Positions 52,101-64,000 of a stretch of DNA of 64,000 bases are shown one piece after another. The notes under the pieces were generated by a model that had not been told where the DNA came from, did not search any database, and saw only the letters and a list, made by a program, of their open reading frames with translations. Source of the DNA: Octopus sinensis (lineage: Eukaryota); contig NC_043009.1 of assembly GCF_006345805.1 (NCBI RefSeq), forward strand, positions 19,778,001 through 19,842,000, written 5' to 3'. Numbering within the stretch: position 1 is the first letter of the stretch; every line of letters starts with the position of its first letter. Both the position numbers and the translations under genes were made by a program.

Positions 52101-52632
52101 ACAAAGAATTTTGGCAAAATTGGCAGCAGACCATTTCGGAAAATGTTGACAGCAGTCTGTTTCACAAAAATGTTATGAGAGAATCTTAGAAAGAAAAAAG
52201 ACATAAAATAAAAATAAAATAAAGTAAAACAAACAAGAAAAGTAAAGAGAGAAGGTTGTAAAACAACTTGCCAAAACCTAACTGCTTTTAATAATTGAAG
52301 ATCTGTAATGTTGGATGGGAGCTATAAAGATGGTGGCAAAAATAGCCGAAATAAAATAAAACAAACTTGTATATTTGAAAAACTTATTTCAATATTTGTT
52401 TATCGAAAACGGAACGTTGTAAAAAGCAGCCATAGAGTTATGGAAGCAGCAGTTTTGGCATCTCACGTTGCGTTTCCTCGTTGTGAAACATTGCAGTTCT
52501 TTACTGAAAGTAGCAATACTCTCGGTTAAATAGAGATAAAGGAACGTAAAGGAACATTGCCGACATAGGTTTCAAATATCTGGCTGCATATGCTGTGTGT
52601 GCATATATATATACATATATGTATGTATGTGA

Positions 52633-52706
<74 letters not shown>

Positions 52707-53085
52707 GAGTATATATATATATATGTATGCATGTATGTATGTATGTATGTATGTATGTATGTATGTATGTATGTATGTATACACGGTTTACGCACGTAAA
52801 CATGGCACACGTACACCCCCACTCGCAACATATATCGCCGTGCGTATCTATTTGAGTCTATACTTATCAAATGTGATTATTACTGTATATGCATGCGTGT
52901 ATGCATGTATGCATGTATGTATGTATGAATGCATGTATGTGTGTATGTCTGTATGTATAGAACATATATCTATATCATCCAATGCATCATACACGTTTTC
53001 TTTATGCAATAGATACACAGCAGTACACAATATTCTGCTTTTCTTTTCTTGCTGTCTATCTATCTAGCCATTCATCCACCCATCC

Positions 53086-53142
<57 letters not shown>

Positions 53143-53170
53143 AATCTATATATCGATCTATTTCTCTCTA

Positions 53171-53225
<55 letters not shown>

Positions 53226-54004
53226 GTCTATCTATCTATCTCTCCCCCTCTCTCTCTCCCTCTCTGTCTATCCTTGTCTGCATAAAGGCGTGTGAGTGTG
53301 TATTTGTCCCTGTGTACCTGTACAATTCGTGTGTGTGGTTTAGGTTTAATTTGAACGAAATCCATAATTTAATCTGCAATAGAAAAATCAACAGACATAT
53401 TTGGTTAAGTGCTGACTTGGAATTGCTTGTTTTTGCCAATGTTATCAAACAGTAAGGATTCTTCTTGAAGGTACCAATGCAAGAATTCATAGAACTTCTG
53501 TTTTAATATCAACTTTACACAGATTTCGTTACATCTTCAGCTTCATCACTATCAATTACAAATATTTCACATTTTCTAAATTTTGAAAATTATATGAATA
53601 TATTAAGTCACACACACACATACTTACACACGTGTATGTGTGTATGTATATATGAATGTTTATATGTGTGTATATATTGAGTGACATTCTTCGAAGACGT
53701 GTTTTGGATGTACGACTGTGTCCTAATTTTCATGTGTTATTTGCCGTTTTTTTTAAACAATAAACTTCCTGAAGTTTTCCTCAACGTTTCAAAACATCTA
53801 CAGTCTTATCTTCAGTATAATAAATGATAAAACCGGAATAGATGTATTTTCAATGCTACAGACATGCACACACATACATACAAACGTACATACATATACA
53901 CACATGCATAGATGCATACTTACACACATACTTACACATACATATACACACATGCATAGATGCATACTTACACACATACTTACACATACATATACATACA
54001 TACA

Positions 54005-54036
<32 letters not shown>

Positions 54037-55696
54037 CATACATACATACACTCGCTTCTTTCCACAATATTTTTTGTGGACACAAATTCAGGGATTAGCT
54101 GGACCAGTTTTAATACTTTGTTCATGTCTCATCGGCAACTGAACCGCCCCCACCCCTCTTTTTCTAAACTACCCAAAAACATACTGCTTCTAAATCCACT
54201 CTTACGAAGGCTTAATTAAGTTAGATTGACCAATTTGCATGTATAATGTATTCTAAGTTCCACAGATCCATTGCTGGTCCCTTATAATAAATTGAACCGA
54301 GGCTAAGGAGGAAAACGAGGGGGAAAAAAACGCATTTTGTATTATTGAGATAGATATAATATTTTATGATTGTTATAATAATTGGGGAAATAGTGATATA
54401 TAACCACTGATACAGAAATAGTGATACACACACACACACATACACATACATACATGTTTGTATGTGTATGTTTGTATGTATGGATGTATATATACATACA
54501 TGCACACATACATATATAACTACATACATGCATATGCGATGAGTATCATTTAATAAAGGATATCAAAAACATGAGAGAATAAACATATTGTAAACGAAAG
54601 AAGAAGCGAATATTGTCGGAATAATAAACTTTAATAATCTTCTTTGCTGTTGTTGTTGTTGTTGTTGTTGTTTTGCAAGGTTTTAGCAGGAAAACAATGA
54701 AAAACTGCAACATAATTGCTTTCACATGTGACATAGTAATGAAACGTCTTCACAGTGGAGTCTCTAGATTATTTCTTCGGGAATTGGCGATTCATAAGTC
54801 TTGAAATATAAGTTTATTGCTGTTGGTGCCACCTTATTGGATTTTGGTGAGGAATATTGCAACACGGAAAGAATGTGTAAAACTCCAAATAAAAGGCAAA
54901 GTGATATTTGTGTGTGTGCAAGAGAGAGAAAGAGAGAGAGAGAGACAGAGAGAGAGAGTGTGTGTGTGAAAGAGAGAGAAAAAGAAAGAGAGTGAAAGAG
55001 AGAGAAAGAGAAAGAGAGAGAAGTGGGTTGCATGTAATTATTCTGCGGTTATCGTCTGGTCAAGCTGTTTATTGCTGTTGTTGATGTTATTGTTGTTTAC
55101 CAGTGGGGACGTAATAAATCGGCCAGACTCCTTTCTGCTGGTACCGGCCATGCACAACCACCTTCACAATCGACTTGTGTCTGTCAATCTCTTATTTGCT
55201 TTCAAACTTAAATACTTTCTTGTAAAACTTTCCATTTTACTAATTCAAGGTGGAAATGCTCAAACCGAAGAAAGAATCGGGTTTCGTTGTTGTTATTGTT
55301 GCTGCTGTCGTTTAGCCCCAGGTCGCCCCTAATCGAGAGCAAATGCATGGTAAAAGGCACTCCACTCGTGGCTTTCCCGTATTATAACAAATATGGAGGA
55401 CTACATTACCCAACGAGTCCTCTTCTGTTTATAAGACAGTAAAGTATAATTTTAGAGAAATTTTGCTGCTATTTTTAGCCGGTCAAGTGACCACCTTGGA
55501 TGTGGTCACTGAAGAGAGTTATAAAAATGCACGATAAAAGCAAGGAAGAAAAAGTGGAAAGACAAGGTTGGTGGGGAGGGTATCGCAATTTTGGACTTTG
55601 GGATTAATTATTTTACTACATGTTAACAACATTAACTAAAATATAGCAACACATTTGTCACAATAGCATAGAAAGAAGCTCTTTCTCTCTCTCTCC

Positions 55697-55748
<52 letters not shown>

Positions 55749-57363
55749 TCTTTATTTGACAGCAACCTGGAAACCGATAAGAAAAAAGGCAACGACGAAG
55801 CAGAGAGGCTGAATGGTAAATGGCAGAGGAGAACTGTAACGATTCTTTTAGCCGTTAGAAATTTTCCATTAAAACGATATATACAAAAAAAATGGCTATT
55901 TTTTTTGCTTGAATGTTTGAGAAAAACACACAGTAATAATATTTCGTTGGAAACTACATATCAATATTGAAGAACGAAACATAAAATATGGAATGTCGGC
56001 TGAAGGCAGCAGACTTTAACAAGTCAATTTGAAGTAGTTCCGTAAAGTTATAATGAAGTGTCATCGGCATCAATCGACCAAATGGATTATAGCATTTTAG
56101 CCAGTTTTATAGACAAAAGAATCGATTTTACAAGAAATATCATCGTTCAACGAAGCCCATGAAAGAAAAAGGAGTCACATTATGTGGACAGCCATCTTCT
56201 CTCCATCAACAAACTCGACAGCTCGAATTAATGCACAACTGTTTCACTCATAAAACTAAAATAATTCTTCCTGTCTCCCTAACTTCTTCAAAATAATACG
56301 TTCCAAAAAAGGGGAGGGGGAGAATGAAAGAGAGAGAGAGAGAGAAAGAGAGACGGAAGGGGATAGAGAAAGAGAGTGTGGAGAGACAAAGAGAGAGAGA
56401 GAGAGAAGGGTGAAGGAGGGACAGAGAAAGAGAGAGATGGACAGAGAGAAAGCGAGAGAATGTGAGAGGTTGATGTCAGTTTGACTTTACCTCACAACTA
56501 AACGTTCCTTTATTTCTCTCTATTACATCATCTTATTTCATCCTCTCTCTCTCTCTCTTTCTCTCTCCTCTTTCTTTTCTCTCTCTCTCTTTCTCTCTCC
56601 TCTTTCTTTTCTCTCTCTCTCTTTCTCTCTCTCTCTCCTCTTACCTTTCTCTCTCTCTCTTTCTCTCTGTCCTCCTTCTCCTCCTCACCCCTCGAATATT
56701 TTACTATTATTGCTATGGTAGAGGATACGTTATTATTTCGACGAGATCTCGTGAATAAACATAACGTTTTCATTTGACCGTAGAGTTTATTTATTTTTCC
56801 GCTTGACTGATCTCGTTAAACTTAGTGGCCACTTCTGCTGTTGATGGCCAATTTACGTCCAGTTTAATATTGCTTTTGAATGAGAACTCCAACTCACTTC
56901 TTTATTGTTTCCATAAAACTCTAGTCTTCTTCTTCGAAATGAAACTTGTTTAAGAAGAGGCACTAGGAGTATTATTAAGATGTTTGCATACATGTGTCAC
57001 CAGGGTGACGGAAATTCCTGATGCGAGAGTAAGAACGGGTAAAATGTGGGGTAAAATGGAGAATTAATTGAAACGATGACTGCTGTCATGAAATATGGAG
57101 TTATGGTTCGTCGAAAGAAGTCTGGAATAAAGTGGAATAAATGCCGAAGACTTGCTAGTTGCTACCTGGGGAAATTCTATAAGTAATTCCAATATGAAAG
57201 ACATGGGTTCCCGGGCATTCCACTACTTAGTGGTCGTCCATGAAGGTCAAATAATTGTATTAAAAGAAGCGAACAACCCAACTTTAACCTCGTCTCATAT
57301 ATTGGAAATTAAGCTGATCATGAATATTATGACCTCATATGTATGTATGTATACATATACACC

Positions 57364-57408
<45 letters not shown>

Positions 57409-57418
57409 TATATATATA

Positions 57419-57465
<47 letters not shown>

Positions 57466-58003
57466 ATATATACACACACACACAAATATATGCAAGTATG
57501 TGCATGTGTGCATATATGTATTTATGTATGTTATGTATCCATATCGCAATATCGTTGCAAATGTCGTAGTTAGAAGCTTTGGGGTATGTCAGGTGTTTGT
57601 TCTAACCAAGCAGAGAGGTCCCCTAATTTTTAATATTTCCGCTCAGATATGTAATATAAACACACAATGTTTAGATTTTATGTTTGGTCGAAGATTTTCC
57701 TTTATTATTAATTCAGGTTCAACCCAAATAAACGGAACCAAAATTTGTTGTGCCTTTTTGGTGCAGGAACTTCACCTGATTTCATAAACCAAGAACAAAG
57801 ATTCAACGGAGAAACACGATAACTTATTAAGGAAGCAATATCTAAAAGGTACCTCAGGAATATTTAATTTTTTATAATTTATTAGATATCCGTTATATTT
57901 AACACAATAAAGTCACATCTGACCTAAAATTACGAAAGAATTAAATATGGCGCGTCTTAGGTGAACAGGTGTTGTATATTTAGAAACCATCATCATCATC
58001 ATG

Positions 58004-58054
<51 letters not shown>

Positions 58055-58942
58055 TACATACAGAGTTTGGTTGCTATTTCTGACAGATTAAGGAACAAGT
58101 TTTAAGTACTTGTTACTGAATTGTTACTTACCAACGTCTCTGTTTGTCTGTCTTTCTGTCTATCTAACTCTGACGGTTAAAAGAAGCGTTACACAACCGC
58201 GCGCGCACACGCACACACACACACACCACACACACACACACACACATATACACATATCTTATATACGTACACAAGCTTATATACTCATATATAAGTATGC
58301 ACGTATGCATACACAGAAATATATACATGTATAGATGTGCATACACACACCTATACACACAGACAGCCATATATATACATGTACATAACCGTACATGTAT
58401 GTATACGGGTGTGTAAGTGCATAAGTATGTGCATACGTGTGTCAGTGTGTTACTGTATATCCATGTATACATATACTCTACTGTATGTGTGTGTGTCTGC
58501 GATTGTGTTAGTTGTTAGTTCATTTCTTTCAGTTAATCTCCAACATAAAATACTATTTATTTACTATAAAGATATTTATTTACTATAAAGATATTAAGCT
58601 TTATAATAAAACTGGAAAGTTTTACAAAGTCGCGAATTGTGAATAAAAGCCAGAAGTAGAAGCGAGTGTATCTGCAATTGTTGAGGAGGCTGTAGTGTTG
58701 GCTATTAACACCTGGTAACTAAGTCGTCGACTGGCTGCTAGCAAAAGCCAATAGGTTTTAGTAACAACAAGTCGCTCGATTCTGGTTATTAATTGTGCCC
58801 CGAGTTCTTTTGTTAATGCGCATTTCCTTGGCAATATGCCGATAGAAAGAGGGCGAAGAATTACAACTAAATGTTTTTCATTGTATTGCAGATTCATTAG
58901 CGTGTGCTTTACCCCTCTGATATTTGAACACATTGCTTGCAG

Positions 58943-59012
<70 letters not shown>

Positions 59013-59577
59013 AAAAGAAATTCTTTGATCTTGTATACACAAGGGTGATCTCAATGAAATGGGACTAGTGACTAGCGAGAGAGAGAGGGGGGGGGAGTGA
59101 GAGAGATTTTTTTTTATAAACAGCCCTGAATACTCCAAAGTGAATTATGTCTGAATATTGTATTCAATGTTAATGGGAAAGGTTGCTTCTCGATATGTCA
59201 GAAGTTTGTAAATGGTGATGTAGTTGAAGTTAACAAGAGCCGAGAACAATATACATGGAAATCTAGACAGGCTATAATATCCAGTATATGTATTTTATAT
59301 TTACTCACCGACTCCATTGAAACACAAACTGTCTAAACAACTGAAAATGCTTGCTTTCAGAGCTGGTTGATTTCCGGACTTGTTTCGGTGACGATTTACA
59401 AATTACTCGAATAATGGCGGCCGTATGTGAAAAATGTCTGATCAGCAAATGAGTGGGAGCGGTGTATGTGTGTATGTGTGTGTGTGGGGAAAGCTACAAC
59501 TATTAATAATAATAACAATTATCCACTGCGGATGGGATATCTAACAAATGGATAATAAATTGATTTTATTGTTATTA

Positions 59578-59623
<46 letters not shown>

Positions 59624-59630
59624 CATTATT

Positions 59631-59663
<33 letters not shown>

Positions 59664-60009
59664 GGGCGCTCCAACGCCAGAAAATAGATTCTCTCTACCT
59701 ATAGGATTGCTGGTTTATTAATCCATTGTTATTTCTAGTTAAAACTAAACAAAACAAAATCAATTGCGATTCCAATCAACTAATTTTCCATTCGTTTCTA
59801 GCACAGTTCGATAGACAGATCTGATTGGTTAACGATGATTAGTATTCTCAACATATTTCATTGTCTGTTGGTAGAGAAGAATAAAAGAGTTACTAACACG
59901 AAGAACAAATACATTCACTGACAACCATAAACGCTTTTGCGCCGTTGATGCTCTCCTCTCCGCCATGGCTTCTCATAAAGCACTTGAGACAGATTAACAG
60001 GACACTTAC

Positions 60010-60055
<46 letters not shown>

Positions 60056-60255
60056 TATATACAAACTCTATCACACACACACTTACACACGCTCACTCAC
60101 TCTCACACACACACACACTCTCTCTATCTACGACTCCCTATCTCTTTTTAGTCGCTTTCTCACTTTCATATCTATACGTATAGACGTGTCTGCCCAGTCT
60201 TGAGTGCATGAGCGAGAGAGACCATACAAAACTTATTGCACTCACATGCATTTGC

Positions 60256-60290
<35 letters not shown>

Positions 60291-60511
60291 TATGTGTATG
60301 TATGCATGTGTTTGTGTATGTGTGCGTACGTGTGTGTATGTGTGTGTTACGTATGTGTGAGTATGTGTGTGTATGTGTCTATGTGTATGTTATATACAAT
60401 ATATAAATTACGTGACTTACAGATCCTTATACTATTATATGAATAATATGTACATCATGTATACTTATACACATATAATAGATATACATATATACGCGTG
60501 CACACACATAC

Positions 60512-60589
<78 letters not shown>

Positions 60590-62817
60590 ATGTGTGCATG
60601 CATAATATAATAAAATTGTGTGTGATACAATGTTTAGTTGAATGGTTAAGAGGAAAGATATAACGTAAGCGTGTGTGTGTGTGTATGTGTGTGTGCGTGT
60701 GTGTATGTATGTGTGTGTGCGTGTGTGTGTGTGTGTAGATAGATGCCAACTAACGTTTGTAGAGAGGAATACAGACATGTGCCTAATCATATTAACATAA
60801 AATAAATCTCTTGAATCTGATGGAAACGGTGAGAGGAAGAGAGAATGAGAGAGAGAGAGAGAATAGGAAGGGAAAAGAGAGAGGTAGAGAGAAAGAGAGG
60901 AGAAAGAGAGAGGCCAAGTGAGAGAGAGAGAGGGTGTTAAGTGTGGTGACGGGTTGAACAACAATTGGATAGATTATGTTACCAAGATTCTTTTGGTGAT
61001 GGCGGCTGGGGCGGGGAGGGGAAAGCGGGGAGAGGTAGACGGAATGAATGTGTGCAGGGAGGGGGGGAAGGAGAAGGAAATACAGTTAGTGCTATACATC
61101 ATCATCATCATCATCATTATTATTGTTGTTGTTATTATTATTATTATTAGAGATTATTTCTGGGCATTATTAACACCTGAGTTTCAATTATTGCATTGAC
61201 CATATTGGAGAAATCTGTAAACCTGGCTCTAAACACTTATTTAATTTTAAATCTAATCACACACACACATATACATATACACACACGCACACATACACAA
61301 ACACATACGATTGAGTGTGTAAACAAAAAGAAAACGGTGCTCCACACATTTGGTAGGAGTAACATGTATTATTTAATAGCAATTTCTCTCAGCTCCATGC
61401 AACATAATATTTGGCAAATTCGTAGAACGAACCCATCTCGTCAGACGAGAGAGAGAGAGAGAGATAAGGAGAGTGTGAGAGAGAGGTAAAGAGAGAGGGG
61501 GGAGAGTGGAAGAGAGAGAGAGAGACAGTGATGCCTGTAGAGTCAGATTCGTTCTACGAACCTTTGAAACTTTAAACAGCAAGGAGACGAATCAAACGGT
61601 TATTATATAACACACACACGCAAACACACACACACGCAAACACACACACACGCAAACACACACACACAGAGCAAAGTCATCATCATTATCATCCTCACCA
61701 TAATTACCACAGCCACCACCATCATCATCATCATCATCATCACTAATGGCAAAGAACTGGCAGAATCGTCAGAGCGTCGGACCTTGCGGTATTTCTTCTG
61801 GTTCTTTACGTTCTGAGTTCAAACTTCACCAGTTTTAACTTGGTTTTCATCATACTGGGGCTAATACGCTACACGCTCACACACACACACGCACACGCAC
61901 ACACACACACTCACACGTACACACTCATTATACATATACATACATATATATGTGTGTATGTGTGCGTGCATCTTTCGTCTCTTCTCTCTCTTCTCTCTCT
62001 CTTTCTCTTCCTCTTTATCCCTTTCACATTGTCTGTTTTCATACATAAAAATAATGACATTACATTAACATACACAAATATACGCTAACTATACAAACAC
62101 ACGCACACACACAACAACACTTCCCGTGTATATGAAGACACGACTTCAGCACTTCTAGTAATTCTTATGCTAAGTACTTTAATTTTAATTCTCTTTATCT
62201 CACCCCATCCTCTTCGCCACCCTGCAGTAAAGCATATCAAATAATTTCTCTTTTAGCGATACAGTGATTAGAACTGTTTTATAACCAATCGCCGATCGAT
62301 CTCCTGTTTGTCACAAAACATATTCATGAGAATGGCTTTCACTGACGTTCACTATCAACCGGAAGTTACATTCGACGAAGCCTTTTGTCACCATCCCGAA
62401 ATGTTCCTGACATTCTCTGTGTGTGTGTCTTTGCATAGATGGAATATTTCAATGGAATCAATCCACCTCATCATGCTCTTAGCACCAGAAGTTCATCACG
62501 GATCAGTCACGAAGTGTTTTCAGGGTAAATCAAGAGAAACGGGTTCGATTACAGCCAACAGCTAATGTTTCATGTTTGTCAGTAGACACTTGTCGTGTAA
62601 ATAGAATTTCAAGTGGTGAGTCATTCGGCTCGTGGGTCCCTTGCCCTGCAATCAGCACTTGCTATAGAATTCCCTTCCCTCTCCACTCTCAGAGATGCCA
62701 ATCATAGATAAAACCAATAAAGGCTATAGATTTCAGTTTCAGGGAAACTGGTGGTGGCGGTGTGGGGAATCTAATTGGGCGATGGATGTAGGCATCATCG
62801 AGTTTTAAAACAGGAAC

Positions 62818-62862
<45 letters not shown>

Positions 62863-63099
62863 TGTTTGTGTGTGTGTATTTATCTCCATTGAATCGGGAG
62901 ATGAAAAAATATGGAATAAAATTTGGAAGAGGAAGATGACAGACAAAACAAAAAAGAAAAAAAAAAGGAGGCAAAGATAATGTGAATGTAAAACTGTAGA
63001 TAAACATATTTTGTAGTCAATAATTACTGGAATGTTCAGTAAGGAAATTTTACCACTTCATTGTAGGAAAGATTGCCGGTTTATTATTAATTCCTCACA

Positions 63100-63390
63100 A
63101 ATCTCTCTGGGGAGAGGAAGGAGAGGAAGAAGAGCAAGATATGGCAGCCATGACAGCGGTAGTTACGGTAGGAGAAAGAAGAGGAAAACTTGGAGAAACA
63201 AGGTGGGAATGATCGAGGGAAGAGAGACTACCGCTGTGTACGGGGTGGGGCTAGAATAAAAGGAAGGTGGCGATGAGTGAAAGGAACTCCAGTGGGAGAA
63301 AACTTCTGGAATCTAGTCTAAAAGCGGCAACAGAATTAAAGAGCAGGAGACTAAAATCAACACCAACTCCCTACCCACGATTTTCTTTGA
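63100..63390 (-). mobile_element. Highly decayed CR1/L2-like fragment
   Basis: SSSFSYRNYRCHGC resembles the SLSLFYRYY.GHC motif; otherwise very degenerate. Confidence 0.35.
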
Positions 63391-64000
63391 TAAAATCACG
63401 ACAAAATTCATTCAACTGCTTTTATTCCTTGTATGTGTATGTGTGTGCGTGTGTGTATGTGTGTGTGTGTGTGTGTGTGTGCGTGTGTGTGTGTTGCACT
63501 GTATTTTTAACGTTATACAAATAACAAAATGGTGAGGCAAAAACTAGAAGAACAGTAAAATAATTTGAATTTAATGGATGGAAACACTTTCCGGAAATGT
63601 TTTGTTTGTTTATTCCTGTTGGCTTGAAAACTGAAGATATGCTCCAATTGAATTTTGGTTATAAATCTTTTACGATAATGTTTGTGGCCCTCGGCGGTTG
63701 TGCACGACTGGCGCGGCATTATTGCTGGCAGTGCAGACTTAGTGCACAATATAATTACTGTCAATGCGTATTAAAACAAATACAGCAAAAAACCCTCCAA
63801 AAAACTTCACTTCGAATTTGTTTATCCAACAATTTTTGCTCGCAAAAAGACCAAAAATAAATATTGTCTGTCCATAGTTGTGACGGTAAAAGACGGAGAG
63901 ATGAGGTGTTGTGGGTGGGTGGGGAAGAATTGTTATTAGTTATTGGGAGAGTGGTGGTGAGAGTGATGTAATAGAGATGGTGGTATTAGTTATTGAGAGT

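Noticed and set aside
52501-52518. LLKVAI, identical to part of the DACH DD2 motif GLLKVAIDN
   Set aside because: On the plus strand, opposite to the dac exon, and followed by LSVK*; a six-residue chance match.
53505-53810. CTGAAGA..GAAA motifs on the minus strand (near 53521-53540 and 53783-53815)
   Set aside because: Stem I or stem III pairing is missing, so a hammerhead call is unsupported.
58622-59014. 130-aa minus-strand ORF
   Set aside because: Starts in a (TC)n repeat and has no recognisable motif.
59309-59332. Possible 24-nt microexon before a consensus donor G|GTGAGT (minus strand)
   Set aside because: Ambiguous acceptor and no homology; such donors occur by chance.

Overview
Eukaryotic, AT-rich, microsatellite-dense genomic DNA with one 100-N assembly gap. 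The repeat make-up (tRNA-derived SINE families, very abundant (TA)n/(CA)n/(ATCT)n/(ATT)n) suggests an Octopus genome; this is inference from recalled repeat families, not a search. The only host coding sequence I can support is a 144-bp minus-strand exon (48040-48183) encoding the Dachshund C-terminal coiled-coil motif (QKRLKKEKKTRRKMQE), so much of the window is probably intron or flank of a large dachshund locus. Mobile elements: a young, 5'-truncated Tx1/L1-clade LINE (22634-27070) whose ORF2 has a single frameshift and which has (ATCT)n on both sides; two decayed Penelope-like elements; a dead mariner; RTE and CR1/L2 fragments; many SINEs; and several small structured non-autonomous elements (palindromic MITEs, a 36-bp Helitron-like unit, hammerhead-like Penelope termini). 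Best leads: (ATCT)n-targeted Tx1 insertion, a duplicated splice donor/possible microexon next to the dachshund exon, hammerhead-like remnants, and small hairpin elements. Most ORFs in the supplied track are microsatellite artefacts. Coordinates of decayed repeats are approximate.
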